Source: Mobula hypostoma
Taxonomy: Eukaryota
Assembly: GCF_963921235.1 (NCBI RefSeq)
Contig: NC_086108.1
Location: forward strand, 6,696,001-6,760,000
Direction: 5' to 3'
Length of the DNA stretch: 64,000 nucleotides
In this document: in pieces, positions 36,631 to 50,700 of the stretch
How the letters are laid out: the number at the start of each line of letters is the position of its first letter
How positions within the stretch are numbered: position 1 is the first letter of the stretch
Translations under genes and position numbers: made by a program
Notes under the pieces: model-generated
Told to the model about the DNA's origin: nothing
The model's input: only the letters and a program-made list of their open reading frames with translations
Database searches by the model: none

Positions 36631-39600
36631 AAATATTATCCCTCAACCATCAGACTCTTGAACAAAAGGGGATAGCTACACTCACTTGCCCCACAACCAA
36701 TGATCTGACTTTAAGAATTCTTTATCTTGTTATTTCATGTTCTCGTTATTTATTCTATTTATTTATATTTGCATTTTTGCAGTCTGTTGCCTTCTGCACT
36801 CTGGTTGATCTTTCACTGATTCTGTTATGGATACCGTTCTATAGGTTTGCTGACTGTGCCCACAGGAAAACGAATCTCAGGGTGACATACACATTCTCTG
36901 ATATTAAAATTTACTTTGAACTTTGAACATCTCTGAGGCAGTCAACCACCTTGTGGCACTCTACAGGAATAGTTTCACACACAATTTAACATTGAGATCT
37001 TAGGAGAACCAAAAATTTGTTCAAACATTACCTAAAAAGATAGTTTTTATAAAGCACCTTAAAGGGGAGATGAGAGGCAGAGAGGTGAAGGAAGACTACT
37101 CAGGAGCTTAAGACCCAAACAACAGAAGACATGGTGCCAGTCATCATCGTTATCATTATCATTATTAAGCGTCGTATCTTAGACCATGATTATTCTTGGC
37201 AAATTTTTCTACAGTACTGATTTACCATTGCCTTCTTCTAGACGGTCTTTACAAGACGGGTGACCCCAGCCATTATCAATTCTCTTCAGAGATTGTCTGC
37301 CTGGTGTCAGTGGTCACATAACCAGGACTTGTCATATGCACCGGCTGCTCGTACGACCATCCACCACCTACTCCCATGGCTTCACGTGACCCTGATCGGG
37401 GGCGGCGGGTGCGGATAAGCAGCTGCTACACCTTGCCCAGGGTGACCTGCTGGTGAGCGGAGGGAAATCCACCTTTTAGCTCCTTGGTAGAAATGTATCT
37501 CTGCCCCGCCATCCAAGTTAGAGCAATTAAATTCAGGGAGGAAAAAGAAGCCAGAGCTGGAATTGTCTTGTAAGGTTGTAGAATTTAAAAATTATGAAAT
37601 CAGGGAGAGTTTTATAAGCAAAGGTGTGAATTTAAAAAATGAGATATTGTTAACAAATTTCATGACATATGCTGGTGATATTAAACCTGATTCTAATGCT
37701 GTTTAAACAGGGATCAACATACTGTATATCAGCAAGTGCAGAGGTGAGGGCTGAACAGGGCTTGGTACGAGTTGGAATACAGGCAGTAAGGTTTTGGATA
37801 GCATTGGGTTTATGGAGACTGAATATGTGAAACCATTTAGAAGTGTGATGGAAAAAGTGAGACTCGATGTAACAAAGGCATGGATGTGGGTTTCATCAGA
37901 TTATGAGTGTAGCAATGTTATAAAATTGGAAATATGTAGTTTTTGTGGAAATGGTATCTGAACCTTGTGTCAGAGTCACAAAACACCAAGGTCATGAACA
38001 GCTGATTTAATTTCATGTAGGCCTCCATCGGTCAGGGTCGACCATGAATGTTGTGTCCTAGTGTCTAGATACGCAAGCCAGGGCAGTACAACATGGAGGG
38101 CAAGCTGTTGCTCATCTAGCAAGCTCCCTCTCTATACGCATCCGATGAACCCAAAAGAAAGACAGAGACGGACACAGTTTGGCACCAGCAGCGTTGCAGG
38201 AGTTGCCAGTCATCATTGAACACAATGTTGGACTCCAGTCCAGATTTTTCCCTCAGGGTTTAATACTTCCTCCCAGATGAGATGCTAACCATGACTAACA
38301 AGCCCCTTTTACCCAAAGGGACTGGTTTTAAGGCGCCTATAACCCACCTTTGCCCATTCTCCTATCAGTGGAAACATCTCCGCTGGGTTTAGGAGCTAAG
38401 CCAGACGTGAAGGCCAGGAGCTGTCAGAGGCTAAATGAGGTGCACGCCATTGGGAGCATGTAATAGGTAGGTGGCAGCTTCGATTCCTTACCAACCCCCA
38501 GCTATAGCAACCTTAAGGAACCTTTCGAACAGGAAGAGGGAAGGATTGCTAGGGGTCAGACTTAAAACTAGTGATTAAGGCCAAAAGATTAATTTACCCC
38601 AATATCTGTGTGAACAGGAAGTCTGACATTGGAGGCTCAATTGCTAGGTATATGCAAGCCAGAAATCAATAGACTATGGTTACCTTTATGGATTGAGGTA
38701 TATTTTGCAGATCTTCTGTATGTGCTTGTTTATGTGTGAGGACAGGGCCTCAAGCTGTGGGGTTGCCTGGAGGGAGGGGTGCTCCACTGGGGGCAATGTG
38801 TTCCACTGTCCAGGCTGGAGTCAGTGTCCAGGCCGGAATGTCCAGTGTCCAGGCTGGAGTCACTGGGGGCAATGCGTTCCGCTGTCCAGGCTGGAGCCAG
38901 TGCTGCCCCCCCACCCCCACTGTTCGATGGCATAAGTTTTGGACCCTTTTATTGACTGAACGTGATACCATTTGTGCTTGCTATCTTGTGTGTGCCTCAT
39001 GCTGTGCGCAACTGTTGGTACTGTGTTTTCCACGTTGACCCCAGAGTAACACTGTTTCATTTGGCTGTGGTTGAATGACAATTAAACTCAAATTGAATTA
39101 AACACAGCAACTGAGACTGACTTGATTAGTCATGATCTAACTAAATGGTGGAACAGCTCAAGGAGTCAAAAGGCCCAGTGTTTCTATTTCTTGTACTCGT
39201 GTGTTCCTGCACAGAAAAAGAAGCTTCTGTTGGTTTTTGGAACGTAGAACCACCAGGCTGTGTCCTTGGTCGAGTCATTCAAATTCCTGGGGACTACCTT
39301 TACTAAAACATTGAACTGGGATGACCGCACAGTAGTGTAGTGGTTAGCACAACGCTTTACAGCCCCAGAAACTGGGGATCATTCCCCGCCACTGTCCTGT
39401 AAGGACTTTGTACGGTCTCTCCGTGACTGTGTAAGTTTCCTCCGGGTGCTCTGGTTTCTTCCCACAGTCCAAAGGCATACCTGTTAGTAGGTTAATTGTT
39501 CATTGTAAATTGCCTGTGATTAGGTTAGGGTTAAATGGGGGATGGCCGGGCGATGCAGCTCAAAGGGCCGGAAGAACCTACCCCAAACTGCAATAAATAA

Positions 39601-42239
39601 GTAATTAACACATCACACTCCACACTAGAAAAGCCCAGCAGAGATTGCTTCTCCTACACCAGTCTAGGAAACCTAACATCTCATGGCGCATCCTGATGAA
39701 CTTTTGCTCAGCCATCATTGATAGTGTTGTTGCGACCACCTCTATCACCATTTGGTTTCTGGCTGCATCCTCCCTCTCCAAGTCCAGGTTTGTGTAAGAA
39801 GCTTACCACTGACATCCCTCCTATACTTTCCTCTGATCACCGTAAAATTATGATCCCTTGTATTAGCCATACCTGCTCTGGGAAAAAGTCTCTACCTGTC
39901 CACTCGATCTATGCCTCGTATCACCTTGTACACCTCTATCAAGTCACCTCTCATCCTCCTTCACTCCAAAGAGAAAAGCCCTAGCTTGCTCATAAGACAT
40001 GCTCTCTGATCCAGGCAGCATGCTGGTAAATCTCCTCTGCACACTCTCTAAAGCTTCTACATCCTTCCTATAATGAGGTGACCAGAACTGAATACATTAT
40101 TCCAAGTGTGGTCTAACAAGGGTTAAATAGAGCTGCATAATTACTTTGTGGCTCTTGGGCTCAATCTCCTGAATAAAAAACAATACACCATATGCCTTCT
40201 TAAAAACACTATCAACTTGTGCTGCAGTTTTGAGGTATCTATTGTGGACCCCAAGATCCCTCTGTTCCTCCATACTGCTGCACTCATCAAGTCAAAATTA
40301 GAACCTGTTTTTGTTTTGAAGAGGCATCGATAGGTGGAAATTTGAAAATAAGGGTGCTAGTCATTGAGGAGTAACTCTGAACAAAGGCAAAGTAATTTTA
40401 AAACAGACTGGAGTGATGGCTGAACAAGGACCTCACGAAAGTCAATTAAAATTCAAGTAGATGAATTCTGTTCAAGGGATAAATGCAAATGTGGATTAGT
40501 AGAATCATAGAATAGCGCAGTGCAGATGCAGGCCCTTTGGCCCATCTAGTCTGTGCTGAACTATTATTCTGCCTAGTCCCATTGATCTGCACCTGAACCA
40601 TGCCCTCCATTCCCCTCCCGTTAATCTACTTCTCCAAATTTCTCTTAAATACTTCTATTGAACCCACATCCACCACTTCAGCTGGCAGCTCATTCCACAA
40701 TCTCACCACCCTCTGAGTGAAGGAGTTTCCCCTCAGGTTCCTCCTAAACATTTCACCTTTCACCTTTAACTCATGACCTCCAGTTCTTGCCTCACCCAAC
40801 CTCAGTGGAAAAAAGCCTGCTTGCGTTTACCCTATCTATACCCCTCATAATTTTGTATACTTCTACCAAGTTTTCCCTCATTCTCCTACGCTCTGGGGAA
40901 TAGTCCTCAATTATTCAACCTTACACTATAACTCAGGTCCTCAAGTCCTGGCAACATCCTTGTACATTCTGTACTCTTTCAACCTTACTGATATCTTAAG
41001 CAACACACACAAAATGCTGGAGGAACTCAGCAGGTCAGGCAGCATCTATGGAAAAGAGTACACAGTCAATGTTTCATGTCGAGACCCTTCTTCAGGATTG
41101 AGAGGTAAGGGGCAAGATGCCTGAATTAAAAGGTGGGGGGGGGGAGGGGAACGAGGCTAGCCGGAAGGTGCGACGAGTTAGAGGGCTGCAGAAATCACAG
41201 AGGGGGAGCAGTGAGAGAAAATCTGTGGGTGCTGGTGGTTGGTGATGAAAATGGTAAAAGACAAATCTTAGGGAAAGTTATGAAGTATTTGCTCTGCTAT
41301 ACACCATAAATAACACATGTGAGTGACAAGATTAGATTCCCCACATAACTGCAACTGATAAATTCTATTTAAGTATCATTGCTTCTTGTGTACCTTCAAA
41401 GTGTGAAAAGTATTCGGAGTAAGAAAACCAATCATTTCCTGTTTGCCTCATTTTGACCTTCTAGCTGTTCTCAATAATCTGCCACTAATGGGTCTCAGGT
41501 TGTGCTAATTTGAAATGCTTCTCCACAGGAAGTATCTGAGTCAAGATGTTTTAGAAAAGTGTTATTTCATTAGAAGTTTCAGGAGATTTGTATGTCTCCA
41601 AAAACACTCAAAAATTTCTACAGATGTACCATGGAGAGCATTCTGACTGGCTGCATTATCATCTGGTTGCGGGGGCAGGGGGTGCTACTGTACAGGATTG
41701 AAATAAACTGTGGGGAGTTGTAAATTAGTCAGCTGCATCATGGGCACTAGCCTCTGTAGTATTCAGGACATCTTCAAGGAGCGAAGCCTCAAGAAGGTGG
41801 CATCCGTCATTAAGGACCCCATCACCCAGGTCATGCCTTATTCTCATTGCTACCGTCAGAAAGGAGGTACAGAAGCCCGAAGACACACACTCAATAATTC
41901 AGGAACAGCTTCTTCCCCTCTGCCATCCGATTTGTCAATGGACATTGAACCCATGAACACTACCTCACTTTTTAAAATTTCCATTTTTGCTATACTTATT
42001 TAATTTAACTATTATATAATATACAATATTACTGTCATTTAGGTTTTTTCTTTATTATTATGTATTGCACTGTACTGCTGCTGCGAAGTCAATAAATTTC
42101 ACAACAGATATTAAACCTGATTCTGATTCTGAAATGTTGAAGTCTTGACAACTGAAGATTCTATTCTATGTCTTTTCCAGACGCCATTGCAGATTTCCAA
42201 AGCCCAAAAAATGAGCTGGCTTAATCTCTGTGTTAACTG

Positions 42240-42940
42240 ATTCTTAACTCAGAGTCAGCCAGAGAAAGATTGAGACTATGACCTTCAATATAGAGTCTCC
42301 TCCTCCCGTCAGGGCATATGGCATCGACTTACCCATCACTGGCAGATTCACCTACCTGCCCAGCATTATTTGGCGGAATGGTGGGACCAAGGACAACATC
42401 CGATGCAGACTCACCAAAGCTGGAAACATCCTCGGATCTATGAGCAACATATGGGGATCAACCAAGTGCAGTGTCCACTCCAAGGTGAAGTTGTACCAGA
42501 GCTGTGTTCTGTCCACACTCCTGTACGGTGCATGACAGGGAGTGACCTTGCCAAGCTTGTCAGAGAGTGACCTTGTCATTCCACACCATGACCCTCTGGA
42601 AGATCCTCAGAATTTTCTGGTTGAGAAAGCTCTCCAACCACGCCCTACTCCTTCAGTGTCACCAAGAGGACACGGCCACAATCATCATGAGAAAGCGTTA
42701 GAGATGGATTGGGCACGTGATGAGAAGAGAGGCCAGCTCCATCTTCAAGACAGCACTTCACTGGACCCCTGGAGGAAATGCGGGACACCAAAGACAATTT
42801 AGCACTGTAGCATAGAGGCAGAAATGAGGACCCTGAACCAGATCTGGGGCACAGTGGAGAAGATGGCAATGACAAACAGAGGTGGAGGATCTTCATTGTT
42901 GCCCTAAACGCCAGCAGTATAACAGGCAGTAACTAACTAT
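42240..42940 (+). mobile_element. RTE LINE 3' fragment
   Basis: FTYLPSII...KVKLYQSCVLSTLLYGA (ORF 42278-42535); (TAAC)n tail. Confidence 0.75.
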
Positions 42941-44011
42941 TATTCCCTGAGTGTACTGATGGTTAACGAAAGTTCAAGTTCAAAGTAAATGTGTTTTTTT
43001 GAGATACAGAGCCGAATAGGCCCCTCCAGCACTTTGAGACGTGCCACCCAGGAACCCCTCATTTAACCCTAACCTAATCATGGGACAACTTACATTGGCT
43101 AATTAACCTACCAACCAGTTCACCTTTGGACTGTGGGAGGAAACCAGAGCACCCAGAGGAAACTCATGTGATCACAGGACGAATGTACAAACTCTTTACA
43201 GGCTGTGGTTGGAATTCAACCCAGGTCACTGGTACTGTAAAGCCTTGTGATAACCAGTATGCTACCATTATCAAAGAATGTATATTTTGCAAAATATTAC
43301 CCTGAGACTCATTTACTTGCAGTCATTCACAGTAGAAAACATAAATACAATAGAATTAATGAAAAATTATGCACAGATAAATGACTGACAATGAATGTGA
43401 AAAAGAAGATCGACTGTAAAAATAATAAATAAAAGAGTAGAACATAGAATGTAGAAAAGCACAGAACAGGAACAGGCCATTCAGCCCACAATGTTGTGCT
43501 TGAACCAGCTGAAAAACAAATCAAAGTCACCCAAATACTAATCCCTCCTACCTACACCGTGTCCATATCCCTCCATCTTCCTCACATCCATGTGCCTATC
43601 CAAACATCTCTTAAAAGCCTCTAATGTATTTGCCTCTACCACCAGACCAGGCAGCGGATTCCAGGCATCCACCACTCTCTGAATAAAAAACTTACTCCTC
43701 ACATCCCTTTTGAACCTACCCCCTCTCACCTTCAATGCATGCCCTCTGGTGTTAGATGTTTCAACCCTGGGAAACAGATACTCTCTGTCTACTCTATCTG
43801 TGCTTCTCATAATGTTGCAAACCTCTGTCAGATCTCCCCTCAGCCTCTGCCGCTCCAGAGAAAACAACCCAAGTTTATCCAGCCTCTCGTGATAGCACAT
43901 GCCCTCTAAACCAGACAGCATCCCAGTAAACCTCCAAAGCCATATCAAGAACCTGAGATGAAGAATCCTTGAAAGTGAGTCCGTATGATGTGGGAACAGG
44001 TCAGTCTTGGG

Positions 44012-44290
44012 GTCAGTGAAGTTATCCCCGCTGGTTCAGGAGCCTGATGGTTGTGGGGTAATAATGGTTCCTGAACCTGGTGGTGTGGGACCTGAGGCTC
44101 ATTGTGGTGAGTGAAGTTATCCACACCGGTTCAGGAGCCTGATGGTTGTGGGGTAATAACTGTTCCTGAACCTGGTGGTGTGGGACCTGAGGCTCATTGT
44201 GGTAAGTGAAGTTATCCACACTGGTTCAGGAGCCTGATGGTTGTGGGGTAATAACTGTTCCTGAACCTGGTGGTGTGGGACCTAAGGCTC
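44012..44290. repeat. Second 95-bp tandem array (~3 units), same unit as 17616-18080
   Basis: Units at ~44012, 44107 and 44202, with the same junction gaggctcattgtggtgagtgaag. Confidence 0.9.
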
Positions 44291-44916
44291 CATGTCAGCA
44301 CCATATTCCCAAATATAACTTGCTCTAATTTTGTTTAACTATCTCTTGTGTGGTGTCTTATCAAAGGACTTTTGAAAGCCCAACCATGTCATATCAACTG
44401 GTTCAACTTGTTTATCCTTACTAATTCTACCTCAAGGATTCCAGCACAGTTGTCAAATGTGAACTTTCCATAAGTACATGATGAATTTGCCTGTACCTAT
44501 AATTTCATTAGCACTCTGCTGCTACTTCTTTAATGGTGGATTCCGGCATTCTTCAGGATTATTAAAAAAATCTGAATGTTACTAGTATTAGTAATGTTGG
44601 ATCCTGATGGCTATTGCGATCCAAAGGTTCTTTGAAAGTCAGAGGCATAAAACTTGTTGCTTACGATTGTTTTATTATATGTTACAAGAGCAAAGAAGGT
44701 CACGAAGCATCCTGGACATCTTAAAGGGGCAATGCCTCAAAAAGGCAAAGTCCTTCATTGAGGGTCCCCATCACCCAGGACGTACCCTCTTCTCATTGCT
44801 ACCATCAGGGAGGAGGTACAGAAGCCTGAAGACACACACTCAATGATTCAGGAACAGCTTCTTCCCCTCTGCCATCAGATTTCTGATTGGACATTGAACC
44901 CATAAACACTACCTCA

Positions 44917-45500
44917 TGCAACACACATAAAAATTGCTGGTGAACGCAGCAGGACTGGCAGCATCTCTAGGAAGAGGTACAGTCGACGTTTCGGGCCGAG
45001 ACCCTTCGTCAGGACTAACTGAAAGAAGAGCTAGTAAGAGATTTGAAAGTGGGAGGGGGAGGGAGAGATCCGAAATGATCGGAGAAGACAGGAGGGGGAG
45101 GGATGGAGCCAAGAGCTGGACAGGTGATTGGCAAAAGGGATATGAGAGGATCATGGGACAGGAGGCCCAGGGAGAAAGAAAGAGGGGGGGAAATCAGAGG
45201 ATGGGCAAAGGGTAGAGTGAGGGGGACAGAGGGAGAAAATGGAGAAAGAGAAAAAGAATGTGTGTATATAAATAAATAACAGATGGGGTACGAGGGGGAG
45301 GTGGGGCACTAGCAGAAGTTTGAGAAGTCAATGTTCATGCCATCAGGTTGGAGGCTACCCAGATGGAATATAAGGTGTTGTTCCTCCAACCTGAGTGTGG
45401 CTTCATCTTTACAGTAGAGGAGGCCGTGGATAGACATATCAGAATGGGAATGGGATGTGGAATTAAAATGTGTGGCCACTGGGAGATCCTGCTTTCTCTG
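44917..45500 (-). mobile_element. Penelope (Neptune-type) 3' end with pLTR
   Basis: GIY-YIG C-terminal coding sequence, a purine/pyrimidine-biased 3' UTR and a pLTR with a hammerhead motif. Confidence 0.8.
44981..45016 (-). ncRNA. Minimal type I hammerhead ribozyme motif in a Penelope pLTR
   Basis: Minus strand reads AGTC-CTGACGA-AGGGTCTCGGCCC-GAAA-CGTC-GACT: stem I AGUC/GACU, core CUGANGA, stem II GGG/CCC, GAAA, palindromic ACGU stem III, GUC cleavage triplet. Confidence 0.8.
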
Positions 45501-45887
45501 ATGCCAACACTACTTCACTTTTTTTTTCCTCTTTGTTTGCACTATTTTTTAAATATATGCACTTCTTTCAATAATTGACCACCCCTCTCCTTCACCATTC
45601 CCTATTCCTGTTTCCATCTCTCACCTCCCTGTGGTGCTCCTCCCCTTCCCTTTCTTCCATGATCTACTGTCCTCTCCTATCAGATTCCCCTTTCTCCTGC
45701 CCTTTTTTCTCTTTCACCAATCAACTTCCCAGCTCTTTATTTCACCCCGTCCCCTCTCCCAGTTTCACCTATCACCTGCTACCTTGGATTTCTTCCTCCC
45801 CTCCTTCCACCTTCTTACTCTGACCTCTTCTCTTCCTTTCCAGTCCTGATGATGGGTCTCAGCCTGAAACATTGACTGTTTACTCCT

Positions 45888-46594
45888 GAAATAACTCAAC
45901 AGCTCGGGCAGTTGATGGTTGGGTTGGGTTATCTTTCGATCTTGGCAACTCATTTACAAACATTTTGTTACCATACGAGGAGACATCATCAGTGCACTGT
46001 TCACATGTGTTGTGACCTCCGAATGTCTGGCGTTTATATACTTCTCCGTCAGCTGACTGGTCGTCATTACGGAAACTCAATTGTGACGTAACTTCATACG
46101 AAGATGGCTTTAAGGTCGACAATGCACTGTTACGTTGTCTAAACTGGGATCTATGAACATTAACTGGCTGTGAAGCAGCAAGACCAACTCTCCCTGGTCT
46201 CTACCCTTGAAGATCGAGAGGGGAACAGATTCGACTGGGCATCAGTGAAAGTCGTGGCACAAGCAACTGGTCCATGCAAGAGAATTCCTGGAAGTGTGGT
46301 TTTCTGCTAACAATTCTCAACAGACATGTAAAGTTCGATCCCATTTGTAGGCTAATGCAGGCAAAGTTCCTGACCATGCACGAAGTTAGCCATGCAAACC
46401 CATCAGCAACTAGATCCCCTCCCTACATCACAACTGAGTTTCCGTAATGACAACCAATCAGCTGATGGATATGTATATAAAGGCCAAGCATTCAGAGGAC
46501 ACACCACAAGTGAACAGTGCATTGATAATGTCTCCTCATACGGTGACGAAACATTTGCAAATGGATTACCAAGGTTGACAACAATTCAACCCAA
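45888..46594 (+). mobile_element. Penelope/Poseidon-type 3' fragment with an inverted pLTR, inserted in a Neptune pLTR
   Basis: Inverted arms at ~45920-46090 and ~46420-46592; EN remnant DREGNRFDWASVKVVAQA...REFLEVWFS; TSD CTGTTTACTCCT at 45876-45887 and 46598-46609. Confidence 0.75.
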
Positions 46595-47003
46595 TGGCTG
46601 TTTACTCCTTTCCACGGATGCTGCCTGACATGCTGAGTTCTTCCAGTGTTTTGTGTGTATTGCCTCGGGTTTCCGGCAGCTTCAGATTTTCTCCTGTTTG
46701 TGATTTCATTATAATTTACAGTTTATTAAGTTATGCATTGTACTGCTGCTGCAAAACAACAAAGTTCTTGACATATGCCAGTGATATTAAACCTGACAGT
46801 GCATCTCAGGTAAAGTCCTTCCAACCACTGAGTACATCTATGTGAAACACTGTCGTAGGAAAGCAGCATCCCTTATCAGAGATCCCCACCGCCCAGACCA
46901 TGCTCTCTTCTTGCTGCTGCCATCAAATAGAAGGTAAAAGAGCTTCAGGACTTGCACCACCAGGTTCAAGAACACTTACTACCCCTCAACCATCAGGCTC
47001 TTG

Positions 47004-47716
47004 TTTCAATAGGTACATTTAAAGTCAGAGAAATTTATACATTATACATCCTGAAATTCTTTTTCTTCACAAACATCCACGAAAACAGAGGAGTGCCCCA
47101 AAGAATGAATGACAGTTCAAAAACCTCCTAGCTCCCCCTCCCATGCATAAGCAGCAGCAAAGCAACGACTCCCCACCCCCCCAGCAAAAAAGTATCAGCA
47201 CCTTCCACTGAGCACTCAAGTGTGCAGCAAGCATCAATAAAGACTTGTAGTACCCCAAAAACCACTCGCTCATCCAGTAATTCGATATACCACAGGGTTT
47301 ACCCTCATAAGGGAAAAAGAGGCGTCCCCATTTCACAGCAAGAGGGGAGACATAACAAACATGTTAAAATTCTGTTGCTTCGCTTTTTCTGAGCTCTGAG
47401 CCCAGAGAGTCGGCACCAAAAAGGCACAGCTCTCTGGACACACAACCCCCGGCAGCTAATCAGCTGCTCTCGATGTTCCGTGTTCTCCCGCGACGCTTCA
47501 GTCAGGGGCACTGGCCGAGAATCAGCCCGTCCCCACAGCCACGAAATTCCAGAACTCTGAAGGTGCGCTCAGGGTATCAAGAAGCGACCTGACGTGAGGC
47601 CCTGAGAGCGGGTCTCGTTCCCACAAAGAACCGAAGCCAGAGTGTAACTCCAGGTCAGGGTCTTCAAAAGAACCTTGAAAAGGCAAAAAAAGAGCTGTCA
47701 AGATAGAAATAGATGG
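47004..47716 (-). mobile_element. Non-autonomous retroposon inserted into a Rex-type repeat
   Basis: Interrupts host ...catcaggctcttg|aaaaaagggtttaactgc. CpG-rich 5' part and LINE-like 3' UTR. Confidence 0.5.
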
Positions 47717-50700
47717 AAAAAAGGGTTTAACTGCACTCACTTGCCCATCTATTGAGATGTTCTCAAAACCAATTATCTCACTTTAAGTACTCTTTTTCTT
47801 GTTATTTCATGTTCTCGTTATTTATTGCTATTTATTTATATTTGTATTTGCACAGTTTGGTGTCGTCTGCACGCTGGTTGATCTTTCATTGATCCTGTTA
47901 TAGTTACTGTTTTATAGATTTGCTGAGTATGCCCACAGGAAAATGAATCTCAGGGTTGTATATGGTGACATATACTATATGTACTTTGAGAATAAAATTT
48001 ACTTTGAACTTTGAAATTTAAAAATACAAGCAAGCATAGTAAAGCTAAAATATAAGTGAAAATAACAATTCTGGATCCCAGTTTAACAGTATGCACCCAA
48101 GCAAGATCAAGCAGTAGGAGTATAAGGGTCACGTAACCAGATGTCACATGATCAGATCTTTTAGGACACATCTTCAACATCATTATGTGCTGGGTCATAT
48201 GACATTGGTGATCATGGTCTTATGACTATGATTGTTCTTGGCAGATGTTTCTACAGAAGTGGTTTGCCTTCTTCTGGGCAGTGTGTTTACAAGATGGGTG
48301 ACCCCCCCCCACCAAGTCATTCTCAATACTCTACAGAGATTGTCTGCCTGGTGTCAGTGGTCACATAACCAGGAATTCTGATACGCACCACCTGCTCCCG
48401 TGGCTTCACGTGACCCTGATTCCAGGGGTGGGGGTGGTCTAAGCAGGTGCTACACCTTGCCCAAGGGTGACCTGCAGGCTAGCAGAGGGAACAGAGCCTA
48501 CTCCCATTTGGATAAGCAGGGCAGCACTGTGAGGATCATGTTCTTTGATTTCTCATGCGCCTTCAATACCATACAGCCCTCATTGCTGGGGGAAAAGCTC
48601 CATTCTATGCAGGGTGGCACTTCTATTGTATCCTGGCAGCCCATAGTTTGTGTGGCAAATGGTAAGAGTGGGCTCCCTCACCTCTGCCCCTGACCCTCAA
48701 CACAGGTGCCGTTCAGAGTTGTATACTAAGCCCCCTCCTTTACTCTCTGTATACCCATGATTGTATCACCACCCACAGCTCCAATCTACTAATTAAATTT
48801 GCTGACGACACTACACTGATTGGCTTAATAATGAGGCAGCCTTCAGAGAGGAAGTCATTACCTTGACACAATGGTGTCAAGAAAACAACCTCTCCCTCAA
48901 CGTCACAAAACAAAGGAGCTGTTTGTGGACTACAGGAGGAATGGAGAATGGCTAACTGTTATTGATATCATTGGATCTGTGGTTGAGAGAGTGAACAGCT
49001 TTAAGTCTGACTTGGTCTGTACATACCGGCCGTGTGGTGAAAAAGACACAGTAGTGCCTCTTTCACATCAGACGGTTGAAGAAGTTTGGTATGGCCCCCA
49101 CAGATTCTAAGAATTTCTATAGTGGCATGATTGAGAGCATCACTGCCTGCTATGGGAACTGTACTTCCCTCAATCACAGGACTCTGCAGAGAGTGGTGCG
49201 GACAGCCCAGCACATCTGTAGATGTGAACTTCCCACTATTCAGGACATTTACAAAGACACGTGTGTAAAAAGGGCCTGAAGGATCATTGGACACCTGAGT
49301 CACCCCAACCACAAACTGTTACAGCTACTACCATCCAGGAAATGGTATCGCAGCATGAAAGGCAGGACCAACAGGCTGCGAGACAGCTTCTTCCACCAGG
49401 CCATCAGACTGATTAACTTCTATTTCTGTATTTCTATGTTATACTGACTACCCTGTTGTACATAATATTTATTATAAATTGCTATAATTGCACATTGCAC
49501 ATTTGAACAGAGCTGTAACGTGAAGATTTTTACTCCTCATTTATTTTATAGACAATAGACAATAGGTGCAGGAGTAGGCCATTCAGCCCTTCGAGCCAGC
49601 ACCGCCATTCACTGTGATCATGGCTGATCAACCACAATCAGTACCCCGTTCCTGCCTTCTCCCCATATCCCTTGACTCCGCTATCATTAAGAGCTCTATC
49701 TAACTCTTTCTTGAAAGCATCCAGAGAAGGATGTAAGTAATAAAGTCAATTCAATTCAAGTCAGAGCTGTGTGTGTTAGACAAGACTATAAGCAGTACTG
49801 GGGTCCCACAGGGGACTGTATTGACTCCCTTCCTGTTTACCCTGTATACCTCAGACTTTAGATACTGAGTTATGTCATCTGTAAAAATTCTCTGTTGACT
49901 CAGCAATAGTTGGATGTATAAAGGGAGGGTAGGAGGTGGAATACAGGGCCCTGGTGGACTATGTCAAATGGTGCAAGCTGTATCATCTACAGCTCAATAT
50001 CAGTAAGACAAAGGAAATGGACTTTAGGAAGTCTAAGCCTGTGCTGCTTCCTGTTACTATTGATGGTGAGGACCTACAGGTACCTGGGGTGCACCTGGAT
50101 GACAGACTTGAGTGGAGCACCAACGCAGAGGCTGTGTACACGAAGAGACAGAGTCGCCTCTACTTACTGAGGAGACTGAGGTCTTTTGGATTATGCAGGC
50201 CTTTTCTTCACATGTCCTACCAGACCGTTGGCGCCAATACAATCTCGTATGTGGTGATGTGCTGGGGCAATGGCATCAACATGGGTGATGCCAACAGGCT
50301 GAACAAACTGATTAGAAAGGCTGGCTCTGTTATAGGAGTCAAACTGAACACACTGGAGGTTGTTTTAGAACAAAGGACCCTATGGAAAATTCTGACAATT
50401 CTGGAAAATGTTTCTCACTCTTTCCACCGAGTTGGGGTGAGACTAGAACTAGACGTCATGGGTTAAGGGTGAAAGGTAAAATTTTAAGGGGAACATGAGG
50501 GGGAACTTCTTCATTCAGATGATGGTCCATCTTGTCCGAGCTGACTGCCTACTCCCATCGATCTACATCAGGAACATAGGCCACCATATCTCTGCCATCC
50601 GTGTACTTATCCAAATTTCTCTTAAACATTGAAATTGAGCTTGCACGCACCACTTGCGCTGGCAGCTCGTTCTACACTCTCACTGACCTCTGAGTGAAGA

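Noticed and set aside
38780..38902. Short GTCCAGGCTGGAGTCA repeats
   Set aside because: Small local duplication inside a degraded repeat, with no further structure.
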